Assembly (NCBI RefSeq): GCF_009834535.1
Contig: NC_045697.1
Location: 27,902,001 to 27,966,000 of the forward strand
DNA: 64,000 nucleotides
From: Camelus ferus
Lineage: Eukaryota
Direction of reading: 5' to 3'
The notes beneath the pieces were generated by a model, which was not told the origin of the DNA, searched no databases, and saw nothing but the letters and a program-made list of their open reading frames with translations. Each line of letters opens with the position of its first letter. Positions within the stretch are counted from its first letter, which is position 1. This document shows, one piece after another, positions 1 to 12,036 of this stretch. Both the position numbers and the translations under genes were made by a program.

Positions 1-249
1 AAAAAAAAAAAAAAAAAAATCTTTCAACAGCATCAGAGGCTGGATGAAGCAATAAGGCTTGGGCAGTGCTGACTCTGGAGATGGGAGCACTGCAGGGAGG
101 CGCACTGCTAACCGGCAGCCACTTCCCCCGGGGGCCCCGCATCCCACAAGCTGCAGAGGAAGTCACTTCCTAGAGAAGGAGGACACTGTCTAAAGCAGCT
201 CTCCTTTATTCTCTGCCACAACGGTCTCATGGCGTGCACTGCAATTTGT

Positions 250-405
250 GATTAAATGTGGATTTAATTGTGCTTTTATCTGCCTCTGCTTTTAGACTAT
301 AAACTTCTTGCAGGCAGGAGTCAGCCTGTCTTGTTCACTGTTGTATTTCTGGCTTCCAGTACAGTGCGTGGTACACAGTAAATGTTTAGTTGAATACACT
401 GAATT
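250..405 (+). mobile_element. L2 LINE 3' end remnant
   Basis: 'tagactataaacttcttgcaggcagg...tgtcttgttcactgttgtat...agtacagtgcgtggtacacagtaaatgtttagttgaat' resembles the L2 3' terminus; boundaries approximate. Confidence 0.7.
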
Positions 406-460
406 CAGCTAGGTTGAGTTGAGTTAAATTGAACTGAATTGAATCAAACTGAACTGAAAC
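401..460. repeat. Degenerate pentanucleotide repeat (GAAYT/GAGTT)n
   Basis: gagttgagttaaattgaactgaattgaatcaaactgaactgaaac follows the L2 tail. Confidence 0.6.
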
Positions 461-2374
461 CATGAATGCTTTCTGGCTCTTTCAGATTTCCTGGATTCCA
501 GAAGTACCTTTCCCCCAAACCTGGAGGCCCTATTCTTACAAGACTTTGTCAGTAAGGTCAAATCCAAGCTCCTTTCCGACTAGAACTGCATCCTCTGGGT
601 CCTGCTCTAATACCTCTAGGGCTTGGAAATGGATGGGGTCAGGAACCTTACCATCAGCCTTCTCAATTCCCAGTCCACATCCATGTCCCTAGGGCCCGGC
701 CCATCTCTCCCTAACCACACAAGTCCTAAGGCTCTAACAGGAAAAGTCTAAGACCTTCCCTGGATTCTAAACCTGAAGACTCCAAACCAGGCTTGTCCAC
801 CTTTGGTCCCATTCTCCCCATCTCCCCCACTCTCACGGGCCCTGGGCTCCCACCCACTCTGCGAGCCCCTCAAAGCTCCCACCCCGAGAGAGCCATCCCC
901 GTGAGTGAGGCTGCTGATAGGAAAAAACTCCACGGTACCTGTGCAAGTCCTCAATCTCAGTTACTTTAAAAGCATGCTTCTAAGTGTGGCTTCGACATTC
1001 TCAGAACTCGATTCCTGTGCATCTGAAGTCCTCCTTTCTTTTCCTTTCCAGGTATAAAGAAACATGGCTGAAGCCAAGGAGACTGGGTTCTACCCTTGGT
1101 TCTGCTGCTGTGTGACCTGTATTACTTGTTTTCTGATGGGACCCGACCCCATTTGCCTTGGGGTTTGGTGCTTTGAGGTTCCTAGTAGGGAATTTTATTT
1201 CCTTTGAGCACCTTGAGGCTGTCAGGCTCAGGGAAACCAATGTATGGAGCCCACATTTACATGAAACTAGGGTATAAATCCGATGCCACATAATTAAGTT
1301 GCAATGAGAGGCCTGTACACATTGTGCAGCACCCACCTGGGATCAAGTGACCAAGGAACCCAAGCCACTCATGAAAAGGCTATTTTGGTGCCAGCAGAAG
1401 GACTGCTGGTGCTGTGGGTGGGAGCAGGGGCCCCAGTGCCAGCGGCTCGTCCCTGGCACCTGAGTAGCTCTCTGAGATATTCACCTTCAGTTACTTTACC
1501 TCTCAAGGCCTCAGATTTGGGAGTTGCTGAGGGGAGAGTACATCTGTCTACTCCACAGGTTTATTGTGAGGATTAAATGGCCCATCCGATGTCAAATGCT
1601 TAGAGCAGCCCTGTGCCCAGAGGAAACCTCTGTAACTGCTAACATGACCAGTTCATGCAGGTATGGAGAGCCCAAAAAAGGCTCCTCTGGCCCCGGGCAG
1701 CTCACACTTCTCCTGACGGGAGCCTGGGCCCTCCTGGGGGCTGGGTAAACACTACAGGAGTGGGCTTGAACGCCTCCTTTCTAGGACACCGTGCTGGCCG
1801 CACACTTCCATTGTCACGTCAAAGCTTTGAACACCCAGATCAATTCAGTTGATTAGGTCACACCAGTCTTTGTTTACATTTAGTTCCAGGTTATACTCTG
1901 CAGCACCTGGAGTCCGGGCCTGGGTTTGCTTCATCTTGGAATCCCCACTGTTTCACATAGTGCCTGTAGGGTATTCCACAAATACCTGTCTCATAGACGC
2001 ATGGATTTGATCGTGGCGTTTCACATTTCGCCCTGGGCAGCAACCTACAGCACATCTTGGGGGCGGGGAGCCCCTGCAGAGACCTCATTCATCAATGACT
2101 TTCTTCTCAGTTTCTCAGTAAGTGACATTTTTCTTCATCTCTTTTCCAAAATCTGGGAGCAGTTTCCCAAAACTCACTACTTAGCACAGACCCATGCCCA
2201 GAGGGGTGTGTACCCTATAGAGGTCTTTCCTCAAACCCTTATCAAATCTTTCTAGTCTTTCAAGGATAAACTGATAACTGAGGAAGAAATGATCGATGCC
2301 TCTCCCAGTTTCTTCCTTTCTCTTTAACAATCCACTTCATTTTTTTTTTAATATTGGAAATCTTCCAACTTTTC

Positions 2375-2582
2375 TTTTTACTTTTTTAATACAATTTTTA
2401 AAGGTTACACTCCGCTTACAGTTATTACAAGATACTGGCTGTAGTCCCGGAGTTGTGCAATACATCCCTGAAGCCTGCCTTACACCCAGTAGTTTGTACC
2501 TCCCACTCCCCCGACCTCTGTTTGGCCCCTCCCCTCTCCCTCTCCCCATTGGTCACCACTAGTTTGTTCTCTGTATCTGTGA
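2375..2582 (-). mobile_element. L1 3' end fragment (artiodactyl type)
   Basis: T-rich tail, then 'aaaggttacactcc...tacagttattacaa...ccactagtttgttctctgtatctgtga', typical of an antisense L1 3' UTR. Confidence 0.75.
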
Positions 2583-4519
2583 CTCTTAACTCTCCACTTT
2601 AAACCTCGACCTAGAAATGGGAATTTCAAGTAAAGTGGGGGCAGATGGTTTAGTTAAGGCCCTCAAAAGAGATGAGGAAGCTCAAGAAATTGTCCAAATG
2701 GTGCTGCAAGCAGAGAGAGTCATTGGACTTACAAAGGTGCTCGATGCCAACGCAGGGGCTCTTTGCTTGCAGACTGGCCCGTGAGCTCCTTGTAGGCAAG
2801 GCTAACATTCTGGAGATGGATCCAGGGCCCAGCTCCGTCCCCGTCAGAAGAGTGCTTCTCTTCTGTGCTTATAAATTGAGTGACTGGAACTTCCAGTGAA
2901 TTCAATAAGGTCACAGCAGCTCGGCTCATAGGAAGGGGCTCAACTAATGTTTCTTCGCGTGGAATTAGTAAATAAAGGGCAGTTAGGCACAGTGATTTTT
3001 GGACCTAGAATTTGGGATTCAGAAGCAGATAATCCTGGGATTGAAACCTAGCTTTGCTTCCTTTGTTTCAGTGTGCCTAAGCCTCTCCTGGGCAGAGGCC
3101 CTCTCTCCCAGGCTTGCTACGAGATGGCATGAAATCACACGTGTGAAATCTACAGTAGTGATTGCTAAACTTACTCACATTGCCTGGGGCCAGAAGCTAT
3201 TCCAGGGCTTTCCACATGATCCTTGTACAACTGGAGGAGGAAGGCGCTTTTCTTCCCCAACTCCCTTCCGCATATTTATTTACTTGATTGAAAGCCTTCT
3301 TATGATCCATCAAATGTTTTATGTTGTTAATCTCAGTTTCGTTCACACTGATGTCAGTGAGTCAGATTTTGGTTTTCTATGCTCCAGACTCTGCTCAGTT
3401 ACTGCCTCTGCCAGTTGGTTTACTTTATCTCAGGATCAAGGTAAGTACTTTCCTATCAAATCTTATTTTTAATTCCTTCTCTGTCAATTCTTTTCTGGAT
3501 CCTTAGCTTTGCCTACTGATACCTACAGAGAACCAGTATCCTCAAGTCACCAAGACAAATCTGCCTCCTCTGACATCGCATGATTTAATTCTCCCTGCCC
3601 TTTCCCGGGCTCACCAGGCTCCAGCACCTTGGCCATGGGGTTGGGTGGGGGCCTCCAGCTCTGCCCTCGAGGAAGGTGCTTTTAACACCCCCACTTCTTA
3701 GAGGTGAGGATGTTGAGGAAGAGAAAGGTAAGTAAAGTCCCCAAGGTCACTCAGCTAGTGAGTAGTGATGCAAGACTCACACCCAGCCCGTGACCTTGGC
3801 AATCAAGGGGGAGCTGCAGGGTGCCACGTGCTGCTAGAATATTCTCCATAAAGATATGCTATTATTATTGCTGTTGCTGTTGTTGTGTCTGAGGAGCAGA
3901 GAACCTGCGTTCCCACAAACGCTCCACACAGAGCAGGAACGCTGGGGCCTCCATGTTCAGACCTGGGCTGTCCTGGCTTGTTTCTGGGCTGCTGTCTCCA
4001 GGGCCTGGCCCGGGCAGCCACACCCTGCATTCTCACCACACCCTGGTGCTGTGCTGTTGCCACCCCAGAAGTTCTGGCCACACCCTGCCTGCTCCCGGAA
4101 GGTAAACAGGGCTGCTGGAGAATGGCCGCATTGTTGTGCCTGCGGTCTTGGCCCCGGAGGCCGGGTGCTTTGGCTTATAAATGCCACAAATCAATAAGCA
4201 GTAAAAGTCATTATTCAGGCCCTCTTGAACTTCCACTGACCTCAACTCCAAACCAGTTAGTCACGAGGACAAAGTCCCAGGAACCCAATTCCAGGATAGA
4301 AAGCTTCAGCATGGTCTCTAGTTAATTACCTTGAAGGATGGGGTTTGCAGTTTGGAGGAGATGAGCGGGGCGTGATGTTCTTGGGGGAAGACAGGAAGCT
4401 TACCAGTGTCACCCAGAGCAGAAGAACCTGCCCTGGTCCCCATAATCGAGTTTGCGGTAGTGAAGGAGAGTGAGTCCTTTCTCACAGACTGCTGCCTGCG
4501 TGAGTGGGTTTAATTACAA

Positions 4520-4730
4520 CAGCTAAGATTTACTGAGGGCTTCCTGTGCACCGAGCCCTGTGTTTAATTTTTACCTGCCTTAATTCATTGGAGATGCTCA
4601 ACGACCCTATGAGGTGGATTTTATTATCTTCATTTCACATATGAGAACACCATGGTACAGAGAGAAGGTAAATAAACTGCCCGAGGGCTGCTCAGCAGAT
4701 CTAGAATTTGAACCCAGGCAGATCTAGAAT
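4520..4730 (-). mobile_element. MIR SINE
   Basis: 'ccctatgaggtgg...cttcatttcacatatgagaacac...ctgcccgagg...atttgaacccaggcag' is the antisense MIR core. Confidence 0.75.
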
Positions 4731-5807
4731 CTCCCCCAGCCCTTCCCTGGAGGCTAGCGGTGGGGTGTCTCTCTCTCTGTTTTCCCTCTCTTTCAATTTG
4801 AAATCAGATTTCTTCTACCAAAGTGTGTGTAGAAAAAGGACCATTTGGAGGGGCTGATGAGGGTCCCTGGAAGCCTGCTAGAGCCCCTCAGGGCAGCTGG
4901 GGAATGTGTAGGATGTCGGAGAAACTTGCATTCCCAGAGCAGTCAACTCTATTGCTGCCACTAGACTGAGGCCCCCATTTCAGGTGCGGCTCCTCACTGG
5001 GTCTTTACTGCAGAGGATTGCAAGGGCGGAGGGAGCGTCTGTGAGGGGGACAGACCCTTTACAGCATAATAGCCCTTATTTGCTTCCCAACACTGTGAAA
5101 GGTACAAATTCTGCCGAACCTGGTCTCCTGGCGTTTCTGTCTATGGTGCAGGTTGAAGTCTGGCTTTCTGGGGTAGCTCCTCTGAGCTAATTTCCTGCAA
5201 AGGGTGTGACAAAGGTCACTAGAGAGAGAAAACACCTGGGTGCAAGTTCCAAAGGGGACAACGCAGTGAGCACAGCATGGTACCCTCACCTGACTGCCAG
5301 GCAGGAGGACCAGTGTGGTCAAGGCCACCCCGAGAGCGGTGGCTAGTCTTCTGAGTGTGTTGAGAAAAAAATCGCTGTCTCTGATGTCTTTGTGGTCTAT
5401 CTGCTGGGGCTTCTGCAGGTTTATTGGGTTTGTGGTTATCCATGCCTGTTGCAGGTCCTCTGAGAAACATGCTGGATCGCTGTTGATTGTTTCCATGTAT
5501 TGGATCCTTGCTTGGATTAGTGAGCTATAGCCATATCAAGAATGATGGACAAAATTTAAGACGAGGGCTTCTCCTGATAAGGGTCAGGAGTTGTGGTTCT
5601 CAATAGCTGAGGCATCAGTCTTGAAGGGGGAACCCAGAAAATGTGTACTGTGGGCGCCTCCTGCTGGAAAGGGTGACCCAGAAATCTGGGGCCTCAAGTT
5701 CAAAGCCACCAGTCTTCTGAGGGCTTTTGGAAACACCCCTGCTCCCCTCAGCTAGATGGCTCTTCTTGTCCTTCCAGGACTGAATTGAGTAAAAGCGGTG
5801 AAAGACA

Positions 5808-6030
5808 ACATGGCTAAGTGATCAGCAGGGTGGATTCCAGAGCTGGACGGGCTGACTGGGTTCGAATCCTGTTTCTGCCACTGCCGTGTGACTTTGTGCC
5901 TTACTTTCCTCGTCTGTAAAATCAGGATGATAATACTAGAACTTACCTCACAGGGCAGTCACAAGACATAAATGAAGTAATATAGCAAACACTGAAACAT
6001 GAATGAGGTAATTTGTGTAAATGAGGATTA
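5808..6030 (+). mobile_element. MIR SINE
   Basis: 'ctgggttcgaatcctgtttctgccact...gtgtgacttt...tttcctcgtctgtaaaatcaggatgataatac...acctcacaggg'. Confidence 0.8.
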
Positions 6031-6999
6031 TAATTGTGCATTATATACAGGTTGATTGTTGCTCTTATAAATGCTATCATCATTATTCTCATGGTTACTA
6101 TTAATAAAAGAAAACTTCCTTCCTCTTTCTCAAACCTAAGGGTCCCTCTCGTGGCCGTCAAGAATTCTAACAATTTGGGAATCATTAACAGGGAGATACC
6201 ACAGAGAGAGAGCTCGGTGGAGACAATTATACATATAAAACACATCTCCCATCCCACCCCTTAGTCAATAGTCCATTACTGTCAGCTGTTAGTCATTCAA
6301 ACCTTGGCATGTGTCACAGGACATGTTATTCTAGACAAGAAAGGAAGAGAAGAAATCATTAACACTCTTCCAGTAAGAAAGCTTTCTCAAAGGAAAAGGT
6401 AGACTAACTTTTGTATCAGCCAAGCACTTCCAAAGCTGGTTGGTTCTGCTGGCTTTCTTTGGCTAGCAAAGTAAGCTGGAGGCTGCCTTTTATTTCTGAT
6501 TTGGGGGGAATTTAATAAAGTTTAGTGTCTTAGGTAGCAATAGGTAACCCCAACTAAGCAATTTGTTTTCTTGGAAATTTGGAGATTATACATATGTATA
6601 TTCACATATGTAAATATGCATTGTGTGTGTGTATGTATACAAACATGCATACCTATCCATTGCACTTTAAGGCACTTGCAAATACACGCATATATTGTGA
6701 AGATTTTAAAGATTATACATACCATGTACATACAGAATGCTTTAAAGATGTTGATGCCTCTTTGGATGCAATGTTGATGGTCATGGGGTGGGAGGGAGGT
6801 CTGAAAACATTTTCAATAGTTGTAGGGCTACAGAGAGCACTATATTCTTAAGTTTGGAAGTCAGGCAGGGCAGGGCTTAGGAAGGGAGTGGTGGTGGTGG
6901 TGACAACAGCGCATCTCAGTGATGCAGCTGGTAAGTGGAAGCCTCTAGTAGCTTGATTTCAGGGGTAGCTGGTAACTATGGTAGAAAGACCTTTCCCAT

Positions 7000-7280
7000 T
7001 GCTTTGTCTGGAAAAGCTTGTGCTTGACATCACTACTTGTGGGACGCCTTTCCTGACCTCAGCGCCTGGACCGAGTGCCTTCTCTGAGCCCCACAGCACC
7101 TGGTCCTGGCTGTAGCACTCATCACTCTCGTGGGCATGAGGACACTCATTTTCTTCTCACTTCTGTATCTCCAGCACACAGTTGGCATGCAATAAATATT
7201 TGTTGTTTGGATGAATGGATCAGCAGACAGATGGACGCGTGCATGAGTGGACAAACGAATGAATGAATGAGTAAATGAAT
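7000..7280 (+). mobile_element. L2 LINE 3' end
   Basis: 'gccttttcctgacc'-like start, 'cacttctgtatctccagcacacagttggcatgcaataaatatttgttg' and a (TGAA)n tail. Confidence 0.6.
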
Positions 7281-7669
7281 AAGAGACGCTGAGGCCTGTG
7301 AGCCCAGGACTGAGAGTTATTCCTACAGGAGAGGTCCAGAGAGGCGGAGCCAGAGCCTGGGATTTAATGTCTGCTGGGGTTTGCCTCCCAGGAGAAAGAA
7401 GGGTCAGTGGCCACAGCATCTTAGCACAGCCTAAGGACACAATTTAGTGTTCTGAGTAGGGAAGGCTTTTTTCTGAGACTGAGGAATCTCCTAGCTGACA
7501 ATATATTCTCCAACACAGCCAGAGCCATGTGGGAAGTCATTTTGGGTGAAGTCACCCTGCGGCAGTTTAAATAAAACACAATACTATCAACATCTAGAAT
7601 CTACAACACAATTAGAGTATTTTCATATACCCTCTATAATTCAAACCTCATGTCAGCCTTGTGAAGTAG

Positions 7670-7868
7670 TGTGTGGTCAGGCCACCCTTGCTCTCTGTAC
7701 ATCCCCTGCTTGAGCAGTCCCTGCTCCACCTCCACCCACACCCTACTCACATGACTATCTAATTCTCTTAACCATAGGGCTTAATCAGTAACTGCCTACC
7801 CCTGCCCCAGCTGCTGGTTTCCCTGGTAACTGATGAGCCAGCTTGACATTAATTCCCCCCTGATACGG
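7670..7868 (+). repeat. 5' LTR (U3 part only; R/U5/PBS deleted)
   Basis: Aligns with indels to the first ~200 nt of the 3' LTR (e.g. 'cacaccctactcac.tgactatc.aat..tcttaacca.agggcttaatcagtaact'); similarity stops near the TATA region. Confidence 0.85.
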
Positions 7869-8222
7869 TGAGCCAGCCAGGAGACTAAGGAAGCTCCTGC
7901 CAGCAGGGAGTTGTGGGGAAATAAGGATGGAGAATGAAAAACTGGGGGGAAGGGACAGTAATGCCAAGAGTTACAGGGGAAATATTTGGATGGCTATCTA
8001 CTAGCACATAGGTACTATGGTGTCTGTCCTTGATGAATGGGGGCCAGCAGGAGAGTCTAGATGGTCATGGCCCATTCAAACTGAGACCCCAGGGTATGGG
8101 AACCTACCCAGAGCACTGATTAAAAAGAGGAAGAAGAGTGGGACAAGGTCATAGACATCCCTGTCCCATAGGGTATAGGTGAAGAGCAGCTCCCTCCTTG
8201 AGAACAGAGGCAGCCAACCACT

Positions 8223-8920
8223 ATGACAGATGTCTTTCTCTTCCATTATATTGATGATATTCTGTTAACCTCACAGTCTCTTTCCAGTTTAGAAGTAGCA
8301 GCCCTGTTGCTCATAGCGCATCTGAGTGCATGGGGATGGCTGATAAATACAAACAAAATGCAAGGACCTGAATTACCCATCAAATACTTGGGTGTTATCT
8401 GGTCAGGTAAGACAAAAACGGTACCCTCAGCAGTTATTGACAAAATACAACATACCCCTGACCTGCCACCCCTAAACAATTACAAGCACAGGCTTTGGGA
8501 CAGAGACAGGTTTGTGAATTGGACACGGCCAGTTACCCAGAAGGGTTTGGTTGGGGTCTGTAACAATGGCAAAATAATTAAAAAGTACCCTTGGGCTTCC
8601 GGTCCCTGCTATGGGACAGAGCAGTGATGCAGTGTGATGGAACAGCTGTGTGCAGTCCACAGTGCATTATAGCAGGTGGAAGACATTACAAAAGGTCTAC
8701 CCAAGTCATTGAGCAATGCAGAAAAGCACTATCATGGGTCTAGGACAGCTGTGTGAGACATACGGGACCTCCGAGACATTGACAGTGACCAAGGGACTCA
8801 CTTTTACTAGCCATGAAGTTCAAGAATGCCAATAAAAATGACATATGCTGGCATTTCCACCTGCTGCTGGGCTAATGGAGAGGATGAATGGACTACTTAG
8901 ACATCAGTTGAGACTGAAAA
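8223..8920 (+). pseudogene. pol: ERV pol remnant (reverse transcriptase YIDD region and integrase core)
   Basis: FHYIDDILLTS...GWLINTNKMQGP...KYLGVIWSGKTK is class III RT. Near 8778-8910, IDSDQGTHF/TSHEVQEW...AAGLMERMNGLLRHQL carries the integrase D...E residues. Frameshifts and large deletions are present. Confidence 0.88.
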
Positions 8921-9479
8921 ACTGCTTTCCAACATGGGGACCAGGAGCGATTGTCACAGTGCCCACACCATGTTAACCCAGGGGCAACTAGTCAATACAA
9001 GCTGGGTTCAAGGACCGGTGCCAACTGTAGGTCAGCACAGAGGACACTAACTCACGTCTGCCCTTGCCACGGGATGGAACCCTCAGTGAACACATTATAA
9101 AACAGCCCTGGACCGGCAGGTAAGTCCACAGTGGTTTGAGTTTGCTGCCCCTTGGGGAATCGGATTAGAAAGGGATTTGCAGATTTCACCTGTCTTCTAC
9201 CCGGCCCCACCTAAGATTACTAAGGTCCTTCATCCGGGCCCCCTAGTGGAGAAAGGCGCGATTAGGTTAACCCTGTGGTCTGTTGCACTGCCTCTTCAGT
9301 ATCCCCTCTGGCCGTGGGGACTGAGGGTGGACAGGTGGTATGGAGCTGCAGGCCAGGACAGAAACCACAGGCAGGGGTGGTATTATCTCAGAATGCTATT
9401 ACCTCTTGTATTTTTCAAAATGGTCATGATCTCTCCTGTGTTGTGCCTGTTAAAGATCTCACATTTCGTCCCTAGCCTG

Positions 9480-9790
9480 AGGGGAGGGAATCTGTTAGCA
9501 GACTGGGCGACAACAGTGACCTCACTGCGAAATGAGTCTGCTGGGTCTGCAGTGAGATGCCGTGGAAACTAATGCCACCCTGTGGGGACCACTGAAGACT
9601 CTCACCTTCCTCCTGTCCTGCGTGCCAAGCGCCTGGCTCAAAATTTGCCTATCTCTTGGCAAATCCCTGTTTTTAGTGTCCTAGGTGTCTTACTCTTGAT
9701 ACTCCTCAGGTGCTGTTGTCTGTCTTGCGTTCGTGGTGTTTGGTCACAACGCGCCTCTAAGTACCTGACCCCAGTGATCATGGAAGAGGG
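9480..9790 (+). pseudogene. env-like transmembrane/cytoplasmic tail remnant
   Basis: Hydrophobic WQIPVFSVLGVLLLILL followed by RCCCLSC, just upstream of the PPT/3' LTR where env TM ends. Confidence 0.5.
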
Positions 9791-9835
9791 GCCGACCAGG
9801 GTTCTAAGGGTCGTGCTGGGTCTGCTGGGGTGGAG

Positions 9836-10203
9836 TGTGTGGTCAAGATGGCTGTTCTCGCTGTACGTCCCCTGCTCGACCAGTCCCTGCTTCACGCACA
9901 CCCTACTCACGTGACTATCCAATCTTCTTAACCACAGGGCTTAATCAGTAACTCCCAGCACACCTGCCCCCTGCCCCAGGTGCTGGTTTCCCTGGGAACT
10001 GAGAAGCCAGCCTGACATCAGTTCACCCTATAAATGGCGGTCTCCACCTCCCCCAGTACCAAGACTGCGGCGGCATCCTGCCTGCTGTCTGCTGCACACT
10101 GTGGGGGGTCGCTCTAGGACTTCTGCCTTGGACTTGTAAGATTCGATAAATCATTGACATCGTAAGGCTGGGCGATTACAGGCTTGCGGGGTGCAGCCCA
10201 ACA
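9836..10203 (+). repeat. 3' LTR
   Basis: TG...CA ends, PPT upstream, TATA-like ctataaat near 10028, TSD copy agttg follows. Confidence 0.85.
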
Positions 10204-10320
10204 AGTTGGCATGATTATCCTACAGATCAGAAAACTGCACCTCAGAGAAAGTGGGTGACCTCCATGAAGTCACACCTCTGGAAAGTAGCAGAATCAGGAT
10301 CCACCCAGCTCTGTTGGTTC
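10204..10320 (-). mobile_element. MIR SINE, distal half (proximal half ~7610-7669), split by the ERV
   Basis: '...cctcatgtcagccttgtgaagtag' joined to 'gcatgattatcctacagatcagaaaactgcacctcagagaaag...gtcacac' rebuilds a continuous antisense MIR core. Confidence 0.7.
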
Positions 10321-10394
10321 CAGGATCCCCCGCCGCTATTTGGGAAAACAGGGATGGTGAAGGCAACAGCAGAGGAAGGGAAGGAAATCTACCC

Positions 10395-10770
10395 ATTGGT
10401 TAGGGCAACTGTCGCTGCTATATGCAACTCTGAAATTTGTAATCATTCCAACAACAGAAGTTTGTTCTTCCTCACGTAAAGTCCAAAATCACATAAAAGG
10501 CTGCTAAGCAGATGGCTGTCTTCCAAGTAGAGATTCAGGAATCTTCCATCTTATGACCCCACGTACTTCAGTATGTGATTTCAGGCTCCCGTGCCCATCT
10601 GCCTCAAGCTGGCAGGAGGGGAAAGAGCATGGAGGGGAGCAGGCTGCATGGGTCCAACTTGGAAGTGGCTACATCCCTTGCAGTCACAGTCCTTCAGCTA
10701 GAACAGTTACTTCATCGGTACTTAGCAACGGTGAAAGGCTGGACGTGTAGAACAGCTCCGTGCCCAGGAA
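10395..10770 (-). mobile_element. Old MaLR (MLT1-like) LTR
   Basis: 'ggttagggcaactgtcgctgctata...aacaacagaagtttgttcttcctcacgtaaagtcca...gaaaggctggacgtgtag' resembles old MLT1; subfamily uncertain. Confidence 0.55.
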
Positions 10771-10949
10771 GAAAAGCAAATGCATCTGGTAGAGCCAGGC
10801 AGTCCCTGCCACAACCCACCGCCAACAACTAGGAACATGAGATTCCAGGACAGAGCAAAAGCACCAGTCAGACTTGGCCAGGGACGTGAGCCCCCAGGCC
10901 AACTTGCAGGAATATAAATTTTAGCTGCACCTCAAGCTGCAAATGTGCC

Positions 10950-11450
10950 CAAAGCCCTTGTATAATGAGCTTTGATTGTTTTATCCATTTGTTTGGAGAC
11001 ATACTTCCCTCCAACTTCAACCCCGCCAGTACTAGCACCCCTAGACCCATGGCTAGAGTGGGGCACATGCCCCAATTGGACCCAAGCACATTTCCTCATC
11101 CCCTTAGAATCAGGGACTGGTTTAGGGAAGGTCATGTGATCCAAGGAGAGCCTTTTGGCCTCATTCCCTAGCCAACTAGTTTCTAAATCCTCTACTTACA
11201 AGACGATAAGAAGGGAAGTGTGGGTTGTCTGGTATCATGTCTGCAGCCTCATGGAGACAGCTGGGGGTGTGAAGGCAGCCCTCGGAAAAGGGCAGAGACA
11301 GAGAAAGAGATTGACTGCTCCAGAGTCCCTGGATCCTGAAGGCTGTTCCTGCCGTGCCATTTCTGTAGTTTGATTGTATAACCCAATACTTACCCCCTTT
11401 GCTTAATCTAGTTCAGGTTAAGTCTGTCACTTGCAACTCAGAGGCATGAC
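10950..11450 (+). mobile_element. ERVL solo LTR (LTR16/LTR33-like)
   Basis: 'ggggcacatg...gactggtttagggaaggtcatgtgatccaa...tttgcttaatctagttcaggttaagtctgtcacttgcaactcaga'. Confidence 0.55.
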
Positions 11451-11564
11451 TCCACACTTCCAACGTGCCAGAAGACATTCCAGAAGGTAGACAAACTCAA
11501 CAACAAATCCTTTTTTGCCTATTGCTAGCCCCGTTCATGTGTATTCTTACACACACACTCACAC

Positions 11565-12036
11565 TGTTATGGGCTCCATTGTGTCCCCTCATAAAGATAC
11601 ACTGAAGTCCTAACCCCCGGTACTTCGGGATGTGACCTTATTTGTAAACAGAGTCTTTAACAGAGGAAATCAAGTTAAAATGAGGTCATTAGATTAGACC
11701 CTAATCCAGTAAGACTGGTGTCCTTATAAAAAGGGGAAATGTGGACACACACAGAGGAAAGACAATGTGAAGAGACAGAGACATAGGGAAGACACCGTGT
11801 GAAGAAGGCAGAAATCAGGGTGATGCTTCTGCAACCGAGGAATGCCAAAGATGGACAGCAAATCCCTAGAAGCTGGGAGAGAGGCATGGAACAGACCTCT
11901 CTCACAGCCAGTAGAAGGAAGCTTGCAGACACCTTGATCGCCGAAGTCTAGGTGTCCAGGACTACAAACAATAAACATCTGCTGTGAAGTCACCCAGAGT
12001 GTGGCTTTGTGGCGTCAGCCCTTGGAAACTAACGCA
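11565..12036 (+). mobile_element. MaLR MLT1 (MLT1C-like) solo LTR
   Basis: Starts tgttatgggctc..ttgtgtcccc; contains 'gaagtcctaacccccggtac', 'tgtgaccttattt', 'ccctaatccagt' and aataaa; ends ggaaactaacgca. Confidence 0.85.

Larger units (their letters stand above)
7670..10203 (+). mobile_element. Defective class III endogenous retrovirus (ERV-S/ERV-L-like) with two LTR copies
   Basis: Direct repeats 7670-~7868 and 9836-~10035 both begin TGTGTGGTCA. Polypurine tract ggggtggag lies just before 9836. The element ends in CA at 10203. 5-bp TSD agtag/agttg. Internal RT, integrase and TM-like remnants. Confidence 0.88.

Noticed and set aside
1..19. Poly(A) run at the window start
   Set aside because: Probably a retroelement tail, but the body lies outside the window
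462..7440. Many 60-160 aa ORFs on both strands
   Set aside because: No recognisable domains or exon structure; several overlap MIR/L1/L2; expected by chance
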